A DNA stretch of 64,000 nt from Hormiphora californensis (Eukaryota > Animalia > Ctenophora): contig CM035358.1 of the NCBI GenBank assembly GCA_020137815.1, forward strand, positions 3,534,001-3,598,000, given 5' to 3'. The translations under genes were made by a program, and so were the position numbers. Position 1 is the first letter of the stretch. Each line of letters starts with the position of its first letter. This document shows positions 21,501-30,792 of this stretch, in pieces. The notes beneath the pieces are model-generated. The model saw nothing but the letters and a program-made list of their open reading frames with translations. It made no database searches and was not told the origin of the DNA.

Positions 21501-23540
21501 CGTATACTGACTAAATCATAAAAATAGTATGCTCTCTATAACGCGGTTTCCCATCCCCAGGTCGTTATAGTTCTACCAGTGGCGGTATTATACATCTGCA
21601 TTGCAGTAGATATAGTGATGGGGTGGAGTAAGGTGCGGAATAAAGTCCTCCATGTTACGGCCCATCTCTCTTCTCTCTTCATACTTGTCAGGTAGGTGGA
21701 CTGGGTGTGGGTTTGAGAGTGGGGACTGAATAGCTGGATTTAGGACCAACTTTGGTAACGAAATTACCCCTACATTGCGGGCACGCTAAAACGTGATGCC
21801 TGAGGGGTAATTTCGTTACCAATTTCGTTACCACGGACCAACTTACAAAAAGTACCCGGGTAGAACAATAGAATTGATAATTAAAGCATATTTTATATGA
21901 CCTCTCTTCCACTCAGGTCTAAGTTTGATAGGGAGAGTACAGGGAGGAGGATTGTATTCTACATGTTGATGTTTATTGCTAATGGGTTACTAATTATACC
22001 ATGTGTAATGCCTCCTACTATTGGTACGTATCACCTGGGAGCAGGAACCGACCGAATCAGGAAATACTGGTCCCTGATTGGCTGATAACCAGTCACGTGA
22101 CCTAAATAACGAGTTCTGATTGGTTGTTTACTTGTTTCGGTCGGTTCCTGCCTGGGGGTTACCGTGTAACCACGGTACCCCCACTGGCCCCCCAGTCCCT
22201 GAATCCCAATCCCAATCACACTCACAGATAGCTAATATCACTCCAGTAATATATTTCCCTTCCCCGCCCTTGTTACATAACACCCTTGTTACATAACACA
22301 CTTCCGGCTCTTTCTAACACCCCTCCTCCCTAACACCCCCATGTCCAGGTACTAGTGACACGAGGAACTGTACTTGTGCTCACAAATGTGAAACCATCAA
22401 CGGGGTCGAGGAATCCAATCACTACATTGATGCACCTGTTATACAGTGGTGGGGCAAGGACCCCATGACAAGTCAACCATTCCTCTACTTTAACCCTCTC
22501 ATTGTCTTTGGAACTTTTGTGTTGGGTGAGTTTAGTAGAGGCAAGATGAGTAACTCAGACCACATTTTCTCTATTATGAACTAACCCATTACTTCTCACT
22601 AAAAAAACTAACAAACTAACCCATTATTTCTCTCTAACTAACAAACTAACGGCCACTATTTCTATCCAACTAAGCCACTATTTCTCTCTCTAACTAACTC
22701 ATATATCTCCCCCTCCCCCCAGGTGTTTCTGTGATGTTACTCTACCAGCACATCCTCCACCCCTGGCGACACATTATGGCGAGTGAGCCCCTCTTTAAAC
22801 ACAAGGACAAAACGGAAACTGGTGCCAAGTTCCTTCTCGGCATCTCCCTCTCTCTCCTCTTTGCTGTAGGGGACCTGGCGGCACTGTGTGTTGTGTGTTT
22901 AGAATCATATGACAAGAGCATGGTTGATGCTCTGATCTTCTTTGGGTTTCCCTATGCCATGATCTTCATAGCGCTACTTGTATTCTTTATTGGACTGATT
23001 ACAAGCCAGAACTTGAACGGGTTAAAGATCTTGACCCGGCCTAACTGTGCAGTAAATGGTATGATATGTTTGTTCAAGGTTTCTGGGATTCAGGGTGCGA
23101 TTATCCTGGGTATAGTCAAGATAACCCGATCTGGAACTAGTGATATCGACGTTGCCATGGCGCTCTATTTAGTGTGCCAGCTGTGTGGAACATTCGTTAC
23201 AGTGGTCCTCTACCAGACCTCTGATCTGTCCAACAAGTTCGAACAGCGGGGTGAGGGAGGAGGATGGAATGGTGGGGGTGGTGGGATGTTAATGATGGAC
23301 GACAGAAGGAACACCCTGTACAGATCACATCCCCCACCACCACACCATCACCACCATCATCATGGACATGATGTGGGGGTACCCCTTCCACCAGCACTGC
23401 CCCCTAAACCAGCCGTGACCCCGCGGGGAGGACAGGTCCACAGGAAGACAGGGAGGGATACACCCGCATTTGGAGGAGGAGGAGGAGGGCACCATCCCCC
23501 ACATAGTAGGGGACGAGGGGGCAGGGGTAGAGGACACTAG
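5074..23540 (+). CDS. XK-related (Xkr scramblase family) membrane protein with probable N-terminal ankyrin-like region and an extra C-terminal TM extension; 5' end unresolved
   Basis: Exons with AG/GT ends: 5074-5262, 5509-5670, 5861-5995, 9325-9474, 14434-14552, ~16042-16158, ~16646-16763, ~16904-16982, 18194-18385, 19579-19682, 21561-21691, 21917-22023, 22349-22525, 22723-23540. XK motifs: [42 protein letters not shown]. Joining of the exons before 14434 rests on phase-0 compatibility only. One extra G at ~14520 must be removed, and the phase at 16158 is unclear. Confidence 0.7.
6156..8631 (-). CDS. Papain-family (C1A) cathepsin L-like cysteine protease with signal peptide, I29 propeptide and a short Cys-rich C-terminal tail
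   Basis: Seven exons. Catalytic motifs [11 protein letters not shown] (7618-7740), NHAVTAVG (~6838-6927) and IVKNSWG (6156-6423); DWR at the mature N-terminus. Two apparent +1 insertions (~8104, ~6875). Confidence 0.93.
6407..6725 (-). repeat. ~40-bp tandem array of the cathepsin last-intron acceptor plus exon start
   Basis: Minus-strand unit CTAACAACCCTCCCCCTCCCCAG|ATAYACTCACTCTGCCA; the real acceptor is CAG at 6424-6426. Confidence 0.9.
9181..9312 (+). repeat. ~19-bp polypyrimidine tandem repeat just upstream of the acceptor at 9324
   Basis: TGACCTCCTCCCTCTCAAT x~6. Confidence 0.85.
10202..12214 (-). CDS. Uncharacterised multi-pass membrane protein (~255 aa), 4 exons, nested in an intron of the XK-related gene
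   Basis: Exons ~12114-12214 ([10 protein letters not shown]..), ~10998-11148, ~10728-10838 and 10202-10609 join in frame with GT/AG ends; several hydrophobic segments. Confidence 0.8.
11131..11755 (-). repeat. ~43-45-bp tandem array (~14 units) of a splice acceptor plus first 18 exon bases
   Basis: Unit CAAGCTAATCCCCCTACTCTCCCAG|GTACTTCACCTCTCTGCT; the exon begins after CAG at 11149-11151. Confidence 0.92.
11845..12085. mobile_element. MITE with TA TSD (Tc1/mariner-like)
   Basis: TA|CCTTACTCTCGTT ... AACGAGAGTAAGG|TA. Confidence 0.7.
13008..14348. mobile_element. 1341-bp foldback element, Chapaev-like (CAC..GTG termini, 4-bp TSD)
   Basis: 664-bp near-perfect arms with a 13-nt loop (13672-13684); termini CACGGCGTG / CACGCCGTG; TSD CTAA at 13004-13007 and 14349-14352. 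Confidence 0.88.
15276..15572. repeat. (GA)n followed by (TC)n/(TCTCTCTCTG)n microsatellites
   Basis: Direct reading. Confidence 0.95.
17615..17786. mobile_element. Tc1/mariner/pogo-type MITE
   Basis: TA|CAGTCGGACCCCGATTTAG ... CTAAATCGGGGTCCAACTG|TA, with subterminal CACTAAATCGGGG repeats; same family as 37818. Confidence 0.85.
17930..18180 (+). repeat. C-rich ~29-bp minisatellite upstream of the acceptor at 18193
   Basis: CCCCTCAACCCCGATCTCCCCTCCCCAGT x~5, then TAATCCCAATT variants. Confidence 0.85.
18662..18854. mobile_element. ~190-bp palindromic MITE-like element
   Basis: AGTATTTACCTCAG..CTGAGGTAAATACT arms, centred on AACAGCAGCTGTT at ~18761. Confidence 0.7.
19196..19259. mobile_element. 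64-bp MITE of the TTGGT..ACCAA family
   Basis: 9-bp TSD GATTCTCAC at 19187-19195 and 19260-19268. Confidence 0.78.
19717..21383. repeat. 11-bp intronic minisatellite GAGGTGACT(C/A/G)A, ~150 units
   Basis: Direct reading; fills most of intron 19683-21560. Confidence 0.97.
21752..21834. mobile_element. MITE of the TTGGT..ACCAA family
   Basis: TIR TTGGTAACGAAATTACCCCT; 9-bp TSD GGACCAACT at 21743-21751 and 21835-21843. Confidence 0.75.
22042..22150. mobile_element. 109-bp hAT-like MITE (CAGGAACCGACCGAA TIR)
   Basis: TIRs present; TSD CCTGGGAG/CCTGGGGG; copies at 44949 and 45832. Confidence 0.88.
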
Positions 23541-24054
23541 ATGGAGGGGGACACCATCCCCCACATAGTAGGGGACGAGGGGCAGGGGTAGAGGACACTG
23601 ACAAAATTGATGGTTGGGCCACTGCTAGAAGGGAATATAGCACTGGTGTAACACATGATACACAGAGCATGATGAGTTGATGAACTGCTATGTGCCTGTT
23701 GGTATCTTCGTAACCAAATGTGCCTGACCCTAACTTGTAGCGTTGTTGTTTCATTTGAATATTTGTATTGTAGAGCTTTTAGTTTTGAGAGGAGTATGTA
23801 TTGTTCATGTTTTCAATTATTTTACTTGCAGTTATACAACGTGTTTTGCCATCTGGCACGGGGTTTAGAGAGGAAGGGCTCTTCTTTTTTACTCTCTCTC
23901 TCTAAGCCCCCTCTAAACTGCCTAATCCAGGAGATCATCAAGGTTGCTGGTTGGGTTCGAACGTGTCTCACCGGGTAGCGAACAGAAAAATAATAAATAA
24001 ATACTACATTGACATGGCAATGAAGTCTTCACAAATAAAGATTTCACAAAACCG

Positions 24055-27000
24055 TTACATGAACGGCTTCTTCATTTTACCGATCACATTTCTTGGAAAA
24101 GCAGCTATTTGACATTTCCACGTATCAGCGCTGTAGTCCCTCAAAAATGCCAACTTTGAACCTTGCTCCTCGTGCCTCTGACTCAGTTTCCGGCACAAAA
24201 AGTTAGAATAACTGAATGAATCTCTTTGGGGTAGAGATCTGAGGACCTCCGTTATATTGGTATTATCAAAGTCCACCACTGGTAAAATGTCCTCCTTGCC
24301 CCTCATCCCTAAATGGTGGGTCTGCTGGTGCCGGTACATTGTCTGCTGGGCTCCTTTGGTCCTGATCTTGGTTCATTGGAAGGGGGTCTCTTAACAATTG
24401 ACATGGATCTTGTAAACTTGACATAACCACTATTGTCTACCCTCCTGCAAGGTACTGTTCCTCTGGTCTGGTCCTGGGGGTTCATCTGCCACTGGTACTT
24501 GGGTACTTTGATCCTACTCAAGCCCAACTCTTCCCTCCTTCTCACCTCCTTCTCCTGCTGCATCCTGCGTCTGTTCTGGAATCTCATTATCCTCTCTCCG
24601 TACTTGTGTGCCCGGCCACCGGCTGTAGCATTCTGGACAGTCTTGTGGAAACCGAGGAATCTAACTCGATTTGATTCGTCTTCCTCTCTTCGAAGCTGTT
24701 TAACTGTCTTCGCTAGAACTGTCTGTTGGAATGATAGGGAGATTAATTGGTCGACTTTCCCATAAGTCTAGTTACGTTAGATAACTCATCTGAGTTATCT
24801 GGGTCAGGGTGATAGGTGGAGACCTCAGTTGCCTGGGAGGGTGATAGGTGGAGACCTCAGTTATCTGGGTCAGGGTGATAGATGGAGACCTCAGTTACCT
24901 GGGAGGGTGATAGGTGGAGACCTCAGTTACCTGGGAGGGTGATAGGTGGAGACCTCAGTTACCTGTGAGGGTGATAGATGGAGACCTCAGTTACCGGGGA
25001 GGGTGATAGGTGGAGACCTCAGTTACCTGGGAGGGTGATAGGTGGAGACCTCAGTTACCTGGGAGGGTGATAGGTGGAGACCTCAGTTACCTGTGAGGGT
25101 GATAGATGGAGACCTCAGTTACCTGTGAGGGTGATAAGTGGAGACCTCAGTTACCTGTCGTAAATATGGTATTGACTTGACATCAGTCAATACCATGCTA
25201 GGGCCAGGGGAGAGAAAGAGAGATACATTATAGCTTTTAGCACTGCATGCTAACTCTATCTCTCTCTCTCTCTCACTCCCTTCCCCTCTTTCGTCTGCTT
25301 TCCTTCCCCTTTCATTCTAGATCCTTCTCTCCCAGGGAGAGATGGAGAGAGTGAGAGAGAGGGAGAGAGAGAGATAGTGCGGCGCGGCTCTTATTTAATT
25401 AAGTCCCGAAGAGTGATAGCGTTTGTCTGCTTTCCACGTGACCACCCCATGTGACCCGATGACGAGGGAGAGCCTAGCCAATGAGGATCAGAGAAGAGGA
25501 CACGTGATATCTCGCCCCCGTGAGGCCAGACGGAGAGGAGCCTCACTTCTCGGATTGCAAGATCCACTGACGTTTGATTCTCTGTATTGGGCTGGAACTG
25601 CTGCGTTGTGGTGCCCTCTGAAGAGATCTCTCGGATTGCTTTTATTTACCTATCTATTACTTGGCACTTCGAGAACCCCTGTGTTTCTTTTGTTTTATAG
25701 TGTGTTTTCCCACATACCTGTGAGGGTGATAGATGGAGACCTCAGTTACCTGTGAGGGTGATAGATGGAGACCTCAGTTACCTGGGAGGGTGATAAGTGG
25801 AGACCTCAGTTACCTGGGAGGGTGATAGGTGGAGACCTAAGTTACCTGGGAGGTTGATAGGTGGAGACCTCAGTTACCTGGGAGGGTGAGAGGTGGAGAC
25901 CTCAGTTACCTGGGAGGGTGAGAGGTGGAGACCTCAGTTACCTGGGAGGGTGATAGGTGGAGACCTCAGTTACCTGGGAGGGTGATAGGTGTAGACCTCA
26001 GTTACCTGGGAGGTTGATAGGTGGAGACCTCAGTTACCTGGGAGGGTGATAGGTGGAGACCTCAGTTACCTGGGAGGGTGAGAGGTGGAGACCCCAGTTA
26101 CCTGGGAGGGTGAGAGGTGGAGACCTCAGTTACCTGGGAGGGTTGATAGGTGGAGACCTCAGTTACCTGGGAGGGTGATAGGTGGAGACCTCAGTTACCG
26201 GGGAGGGTGAGAGGTGGAGACCTCAGTTACCTGGGAGGGTGATAGGTGGAGACCTCAGTTACCTGGGAGGGTGATAGGTGGAGACCTCAGTTACCTGGGA
26301 GGGTGATAGGTGGAGACCTCAGTTACCTGGGAGGGTGATAGGTGGAGACCTCAGTTACCTGGGAGGGTGATAGGTGGAGACCTCAGTTACCTGGGAGGGT
26401 GATAAGTGGAGACCTCAGTTATCGGGGAGGGTGATAGGTGGAGACCTCAGTTACCTGGGAGGTTGATAGGTGGAGACCTCAGTTACCTAGGAGGTTGATA
26501 GGTGGAGACATCAGTTACCTGGGAGGGTGAGAGGTGGAGACCTCAGTTACCTGGGAGGGTGATAGGTGGAGACCTCAGTTACTTGGGATGGTGATAGGTG
26601 GAGACCTCAGTTACCTGGGAGGTTGATAGATGGAGACTTCAGTTACCTGGGAGGGTGATAGGTGGAGACCTCAGTTACCTGGGAGGGTGATAGGTGGAGA
26701 CCTCAGTTACCTGGGAGGTTGATAGGTGGAGACATTAGTTACCTGGGAGGGTGATAGTTGGAGACCTCAGTTACCTGAGAGGGTGATAGGTGGAGACCTC
26801 AGTTACCTGGGAGGGTGAGAGGTGGAGACCTCAGTTACCTGGGAGGGTGATAGGTGGAGACCTCAGTTACTTGTGACAGGGTGAGAGGTGGAGACCTCAG
26901 TTACCTGGGAGGGTGAGAGGTGGAGACCTCAGTTACCTGGGAGGGTGATAGGTGTAGACCTCAGTTACCTGGGAGGGTGATAGTTGGAGACCTCAGTTAC

Positions 27001-29273
27001 CTGGGAGGGTGATAGGTGGAGACCTCAGTTACCTGGGAGGGTGATAGGTGGAGACATCAGTTACCTGGGAGGGTGATAGGTGGAGACCCCAGTTACCTGG
27101 GAGGGTGTCAGGTGGAGAACTCAGTTACCTGGGAGGGTGATAGGTGGAGACCTCAGTTACCTGGGAGGGTGATAGATGGAGACCTCAGTTATCGGGGAGG
27201 GTGATAGGTGGAGACCTCAGTTACCTGGGAGGGTGATAGGTGGAGACATCAGTTACCTGGGAGGGTGATAGGTGGAGACCCCAGTTACCTGGGAGGGTGA
27301 TAGGTGGAGACCTCAGTTACCTGGGAGGGTGATAGGTGGAGACCTCAGTTACCTGGGAGGGTGATAGGTGGAGACCCCAGTTACCTGGGAGGGTGATAGG
27401 TGGAGACCTCAGTTACTTGTGACAGGGTGAGAGGTGGAGACCTCAGTTACCTGGGAGGGTGATTGGTGGAGACCTCAGTTACCTGGGAGGGTGATAGTTG
27501 GAGACCTCAGTTACCTGGGAGGGTGAGAGGTGGAGAACTCAGTTACCTGGGAGGTTGATAGTTGGAGACCTCAGTTACCTGGGAGGGTGATAGGTGGAGA
27601 CCTCAGTTACCTGGGAGGGTGATAGGTGGAGACCTCAGTTATCTGGGTCAGGGTGATAGGTGGAGACATCAGTTACCTGGGAGGTTGATAGGTGGAGACC
27701 TCAGTTACCTGGGAGGGTGATAGTTGGAGACCTCAGTTACCTGGGAGGGTGATAGGTGGAGACCTCAGTTATCTGGGTCAGGGTGATAAATGGAGACCTC
27801 AGTTACCTGGGAGGGTGATAGGTGGAGACCTCAGTTACCTGGGAGGGTGATAGTTGGAGACCTCAGTTACCTGGGAGGGTGAGAGGTGGAGACCTCAGTT
27901 ACCTGGGAGGTTGATAGTTGGAAACATCAGTTACCTGGGAGGGTGATAGGTGGAGACCTCAGTTACCTGGGAGGGTGAGAGGTGGAGACCTCAGTTACCT
28001 GGGAGGTTGATAGGTGGAGAACTCAGTTACCTGGGAGGTTGATAGGTGGAGACCTCAGTTACCTGGGAGTTTGATAGGTGGAGACCCCAGTTACCTGGGA
28101 GGGTGATAGGTGGAGACATCAGTTACCTGGGAGGGTGATAGGTGGAGACCTCAGTTACCTGGGAGGGTGATAGGTGGAGACCTCAGTTACCTGGGAGGGT
28201 GATAGGTGGAGACCTCAGTTACCTGGGAGGGTGATAGGTGGAGACATCAGTTACCTGGGAGGGTGATAGGTTGAGACCTCAGTTACCTGGGAGGGTGATA
28301 GGTGGAGACCCCAGTTACCTGGGAGGGTGATAGGTGGAGACCTCAGTTACCTGGGAGGGTGATAGGTGGAGACCTCAGTTACCTGGGAGGGTGAGAGGTG
28401 GAGACCTCAGTTACCTGGGAGGGTGAGAGGTGGAGACCTCAGTTACCTGGGAGGGTGAGAGGTGGAGACCTCAGTTACCTGTGAGGGTGATAGGTGGAGA
28501 CCTCAGTTACCTGGGAGTTTGATAGGTGGAGACATTAGTTACCTGGGAGGGTGATAGGTGGAGACCTCAGTTACCTGGGAGGGTGATAGATGGAGACATT
28601 AGTTACCTGGGAGGGTGATAGGTGGAGACCTCAGTTACCTGGGAGGGTGAGAGGTGGAGACCATAACACGACTCCTGATCGGAATCTAACAGACTAATAT
28701 CAAGACCATGGCGGTAGGATAACCTCTTAGCTTCACTCATAGGAACCTCGTCTCTAACGGTGTCTAACAGTGCACGCCGACTTATTTCCGTATCTGTATG
28801 GTTAAGATATTTTTTATATGTTGTTGTTCAGCGGCGCCGACCCGATCTGAGCGCACTGTAGTCTGTCTGGCGCCGCGACCCATCTGAGAATCAAATGGGG
28901 TATGGCGCCGCCATACAGACTGTAGTGCAATGTTTGAGGATAAAAAACGGGCACCCCGCTCGGCGCCGCCAGTGGTCGACCACAGACTTCCTGGAGCGTC
29001 TGGAGTAACATGCTTTGCATAAACTGATTGGTGGGTGGCCTTGCTACGGCAGAGTGGTGGACGTGCTGGGGCGCCTAATAAGCGTGCTCGGTGCGGCCGC
29101 CGCTACTTTCGAACAGGTCATCCGCCAGACGCAGCAAGTGCAACTACAAACAAACAAAACGGGCACCTTCAGACAGCTCTAAAAGGGACCTAGATAAACA
29201 TACTTATTTTGGAACAGGAAACATTAGCCACAGGGACGTGACTGAGACGCCGTAAAAAAGGAGGTCGTTGCAT
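24055..29273 (-). CDS. Uncharacterised basic protein (~300 aa), 3 exons
   Basis: Exons ~29204-29273 (MQRPPFLRRL..), ~28639-28793 (..CYGLHLSPSQ|GTAACT) and 24055-24722 (TVLAKTVKQLRREE..) are phase-compatible. One probable single-base deletion at ~24350 joins ORFs 24309..24587 and 24055..24339. Confidence 0.6.
24790..28662 (-). repeat. 32-bp tandem array (~100 units) of exon end plus splice donor, interrupted by a solo LTR
   Basis: Minus-strand unit GTCTCCACCTATCACCCTCCCAG|GTAACTGAG; the first unit is the in-frame end of the upstream exon. Confidence 0.95.
25156..25714. mobile_element. Solo LTR (559 bp), probably Gypsy/Ty3-type
   Basis: TGT...ACA termini; 4-bp TSD TACC at 25152-25155 and 25715-25718; it cleanly interrupts one repeat unit. 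Confidence 0.8.
28863..28918. mobile_element. 56-bp MITE with 8-bp TSD
   Basis: CTGTCTGGCG..CGCCATACAG; TSD ACTGTAGT; inverted copy at 59691-59747. Confidence 0.8.
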
Positions 29274-29833
29274 TAGGATTGCATTAGGATTGATAGATTT
29301 CGACAACGACTACTTCAGGTGAAGTCAGAATGGAGTCGATAAACTGACAGAGTCGACAAAGAAAACGTACTGATATGTCTAGAGAGAAGGATCAGAGAGT
29401 GTCAGAGTGGGAGACATAGCTTAGAGTTGGGGTAGATGCGTACTGGGAGGGTATATCACGCACCCCGGACACCACCGTGCCCAGATGAGTAGCGGTGATT
29501 AAACAACAGGCAGATGTGAATTTCGGCTACTTAATCAACGGTGTTAGCATGTGATGGCACTTTCTCACGGTGCATGGTATGGCAACGCTTCTCCTCTCCA
29601 TCTGAAGTCAGCGACTGAAGCATGTAGCACAAGAAATCTCGCTACGAGCAGAGCTCGAGCCGACGCATCACGCTATCGAGAGGCGGCCCGACACGAGAGA
29701 AGTGAGCTGCATAGTCGCTGAGACTCGAGCTGCAGCTCTAGAGACGAGAAGAGTAGAGAGAGAGAGTAGAGAGAGTCATATTCCCCTCGTAAATCGTCCA
29801 TCTCATTCGCCATTCTCTATACTTCCTCTTCCT

Positions 29834-29913
<80 letters not shown>

Positions 29914-30792
29914 TCTCTCTTTCTCTCGCTATCTCTCTCGTATTAATACTCGACATGATGCTTATGTTCCATAATGTTCCTTAGTTTCGCATAGTTTCCA
30001 AACAAGCTTGGTCAATCTTTTCTCTCTGAGAGAGTGATCTCTCCATCACTTTCCCCATTTCTCTCTCATCTCTAATAATATATGCATTGTATGACAAGCC
30101 TGGACCCCCAGCAGTGACTCGATGCCCTCATGAGTCACGACATTGACATATCTATAGACCATATTACATAGTTCAGTCTAACAATACGGACTGGCGAAGC
30201 AGCCCCTCCGTAGGAGGGTTTCGCGAAAAAAGAGGGTGCGACGTGCCCAAGGACAGTGGACACCACTGATATCCAGGGAGGCCAGAGAGGGGGACTGGGG
30301 GATGATATGTAAGGAACAGTACAGAATCTGTACGAAGACATGATTACAATCCCAATCTGGACATACAATTACAAGGCAGTACGGCAGACAGTAAAAGACT
30401 GGCATACAGTAGGTCTGACGGATCGGGATATATACACAGATGCTTCACAACATACATTCGATTCCACAGCCAATGTTCATGTTACCGAGACAAAGTAACG
30501 AATTTCAAGATTTTGGTTTGTTTGAAGTATAATTTTACGGCATTTTACAAAGTGAATAACTTAGAAATATAATTATTTACATGTGGTCAGGGAGGTACAA
30601 CTAAGACATTTCTACATTTTATGTTCGTTTCAGCCATCACAAATATAGCGAAAAAACTCTCTCTAGTTCTCTCTCTCTACAATAATAATAGAGTCCATTC
30701 CAGCAGGAACCACACTAAAACAGTGTTGAACAAGCCAAATATCACTCTCTCTACTGATCTAACTCCTCTGAGTCTCTTTCTCTTTCTTCAGT

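Noticed and set aside
24780-24802. Last repeat unit's CAG as the true acceptor (pure tandem-duplication intron gain)
   Set aside because: All three frames after it hit stops; the in-frame acceptor is at 24723-24725.
24790-28662. CRISPR array (32-bp repeats)
   Set aside because: Units are head-to-tail with no unique spacers, there are no cas genes, and the context is a eukaryotic intron.
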